Origin: Chitinophaga pinensis
GTDB taxonomy: Bacteria; Bacteroidota; Bacteroidia; SXHM01
Length of the DNA stretch: 47,431 nucleotides
Assembly (NCBI GenBank): GCA_945889235.1
Contig: CAMDBK010000003.1
Coordinates: 1-47,431, forward strand
Direction of reading: 5' to 3'
This document shows, in pieces, positions 45,475 through 47,431 of this stretch; position 1 is the stretch's first letter, and each line of letters starts with the position of its first letter. The notes under the pieces are model-generated. The model made no database searches. It had not been told where the DNA came from and saw nothing but the letters and a program-made list of their open reading frames with translations. Made by a program: the position numbers and the translations under genes.

Positions 45475-47431
45475 ATGAAAACATTTTTTACAAAAATAAC
45501 AGGATTGCTCTTCATAGCAGGAGCAATGCTAATCAGCACAGGTGCTACAGCACAGTGTACCTACAATAATAATATATACCTTACATGGGATGCCTCAACA
45601 CAATTAGTAAATGTGGCTGATCAGGTTTCTTCCGTCTGCACCTATGCTGGTGAAATGAACCGCGTTACTAATATGATAGCCGGAAACACTTACCGCATCA
45701 GCACTTGTACCAACACCGCCTTTGACACGCAGATTACTATTTTCACTGCAGGTGGGGGAACTCAGGTTGCTTATTCTGATGACGATTGCGGCACCCAAAC
45801 TGAAATATTTTTCACTCCGGGAAGTACAGGTGACTATGATATTCAAATCAACGAATACAATTGCCTTACCAATACAACCTGCATGGATATGGTTGTAGAA
45901 CTTACTGCGATAGGAACAGGAGTAGGATGCACCTCGTCAGGGACTAATTACCCTACAGGGACAATGAACCCTACAACTTCATGGCAAACAGCTTCAACTC
46001 TTATTTATGCAGGTGAGTATTCTTTGTATAATGTAGTATCAGGAACTGTTTACGAATGGTCGCTTTGCGCAGCCGATGGAGGAAACGCAAGTTATGATTC
46101 AGAATTAACACTTTTCAATAATGCAGTTCTTGCTACAGGACTTGCTTACGCTGACGATGTTTGCGGTGATGATGCAAAATTAAACTGGACAGCAACTTTT
46201 ACAGGTGTTGCAAGAGTGATGGTTAACCAATACAACTGCACTACTAACAGTACTGCAAGTACATTGGTTTACCGCAGTGTAGGAGTTAGCGCACCGGCAA
46301 ATGATAATTGCTTAGGATCATATTCACTTTCAACTGCAACAACATGTATATCGGTTTCGGGTACAACTCAAGGTGCAACGCAGTCACTTCCCGCTCTTAG
46401 CTGCGATGGATTTACGAGTGGAGCCAGCCTTGATGTTTGGTATTCATTTACAGCAGACAATACAACTGCAACAGTTACCGTTGTTGGTTCAGCAGACATT
46501 GATGCTGTAGTGGAAGTGCTTACCGGAACATGCGGTTCACAAACCAATGTTTCCTGCGCTGACGCAACCGTTTCAGCTGGAACCGAAACTATTTCACTTA
46601 CAGGTTTAACTATAGGCAATACTTATTTTATAAGAGTTTATGATTTCGGAACAACACTTTCAACAACCTTTACATTTGATATTTGTGTAGTATCAACTCC
46701 CGCAGGTCCAGCAAACGACAATTGTGCTGGAGCCATTGCTTTAACAGTTGGTAACGCAGAATGTACCCCTATTCCGGGAACAGTTGCTTCAGCAACACAA
46801 TCACCAAACACAGGATGCGGAACAGGAACACCTAACGATGACGTTTGGTATAAATTTGTTGCAACAGGTCCGACAGCAATTATTGATGTATTAGGCGGAA
46901 CAGGTTTTGATGCTGTAGTTGATGTTTATGCAGGAACAACTTGTGCAGATATTGCCTCTATCGGTTGTATTGATGCTTCGCTTGCAGGAGAACTTGAATC
47001 CGGAGAAATTACCGGACTTACAAACGGTGAAACAATCTGGCTTCGTGTTTACGATTATTTTTCAGGCGTTCCAACAGGAACTGATTTTACTGTTTGTGTT
47101 TTCAATCCTTGTGCTGTAACACCTCCCGGTGCTGCAACTGCTGAGATTGAAACCTGCGGTGCTGATGCTAATGGCGGATGTAATATGGTTACACCGGCAT
47201 ATCAGAATATTACTTGTAACCAATCAGTATTAGGTACAATGTGGGCTGATACAAGTTCACGTGATACAGACTGGTATATGTTTACAGTAGCTGCAAATAC
47301 AACAGCAACATGGACTGCTTCAGCAGAAATTCCTTTTGCAATTTGCATCATTAATATTGCAAATTGTGCTTCGCCAACTATTCTTAGCAATGGAGGTGCA
47401 CTTACAACTGGTTTACCTTGCACAACTGCAA
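45475..47431 (+). CDS. Large Cys-rich secreted repeat protein, 3' end beyond the window (not in the ORF track)
   Basis: ATG 45475, MKTFFTKITGLLFIAGAMLISTGATAQ; read in frame with no stop to the window end (652 codons). Two YAGE...C...D(T/S)..T.F...AY.DD.CG repeats, two PANDNC repeats (46294, 46708), then CGADANGGCN. Confidence 0.88.
   Translation, partial: MKTFFTKITGLLFIAGAMLISTGATAQCTYNNNIYLTWDASTQLVNVADQVSSVCTYAGEMNRVTNMIAGNTYRISTCTNTAFDTQITIFTAGGGTQVAYSDDDCGTQTEIFFTPGSTGDYDIQINEYNCLTNTTCMDMVVELTAIGTGVGCTSSGTNYPTGTMNPTTSWQTASTLIYAGEYSLYNVVSGTVYEWSLCAADGGNASYDSELTLFNNAVLATGLAYADDVCGDDAKLNWTATFTGVARVMVNQYNCTTNSTASTLVYRSVGVSAPANDNCLGSYSLSTATTCISVSGTTQGATQSLPALSCDGFTSGASLDVWYSFTADNTTATVTVVGSADIDAVVEVLTGTCGSQTNVSCADATVSAGTETISLTGLTIGNTYFIRVYDFGTTLSTTFTFDICVVSTPAGPANDNCAGAIALTVGNAECTPIPGTVASATQSPNTGCGTGTPNDDVWYKFVATGPTAIIDVLGGTGFDAVVDVYAGTTCADIASIGCIDASLAGELESGEITGLTNGETIWLRVYDYFSGVPTGTDFTVCVFNPCAVTPPGAATAEIETCGADANGGCNMVTPAYQNITCNQSVLGTMWADTSSRDTDWYMFTVAANTTATWTASAEIPFAICIINIANCASPTILSNGGALTTGLPCTTA

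Noticed and set aside
1-47431. tRNA, rRNA or transposase genes
   Set aside because: Intergenic gaps are short, and none showed cloverleaf or rRNA signatures; no ORF has DDE, HUH or recombinase motifs.

Overview
Bacteroidota-type genomic DNA: it carries a PorP/SprF T9SS gene, several T9SS-tail proteins and TAnnTTTG promoter motifs. The window has two parts. (1) 104-19954 is an AT-rich cell-envelope tailoring locus in four alternating transcription blocks. It holds seven PhyH-family Fe(II)/2-oxoglutarate dioxygenase genes (eight domains, one shared subfamily, most with amphipathic terminal helices) and an AspH/LpxO-type hydroxylase. It also holds a cobalamin-binding-type radical SAM enzyme, a DprE1-like flavoenzyme with an SDR, two short GT2s, a GT-C-like membrane protein and a NeuD-like acetyltransferase. 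An arylsulfotransferase-like gene is split by one in-frame TAA, and the wzt and wzm halves of an ABC exporter sit at opposite ends of the locus on opposite strands. This oxygenase-rich locus is the best candidate for an undescribed system. (2) 20037-47431 is mostly core genome: fadI, fadJ, hpt, adk, obgE, ispD, serS, tryptophan 2,3-dioxygenase and peptidoglycan enzymes. It also has a urea-transporter/M23 fusion operon, T9SS cargo genes wedged into operons, an unlisted 37-aa His-rich coiled-coil ORF and an unlisted large Cys-rich repeat ORF running off the right edge. About ten short repeat/hairpin elements lie at gene junctions, and three of them are embedded in signal-peptide coding sequences. 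No rRNA, tRNA, CRISPR array, transposase or integrase was recognised. All family assignments come from motif recognition by eye, not database searches.
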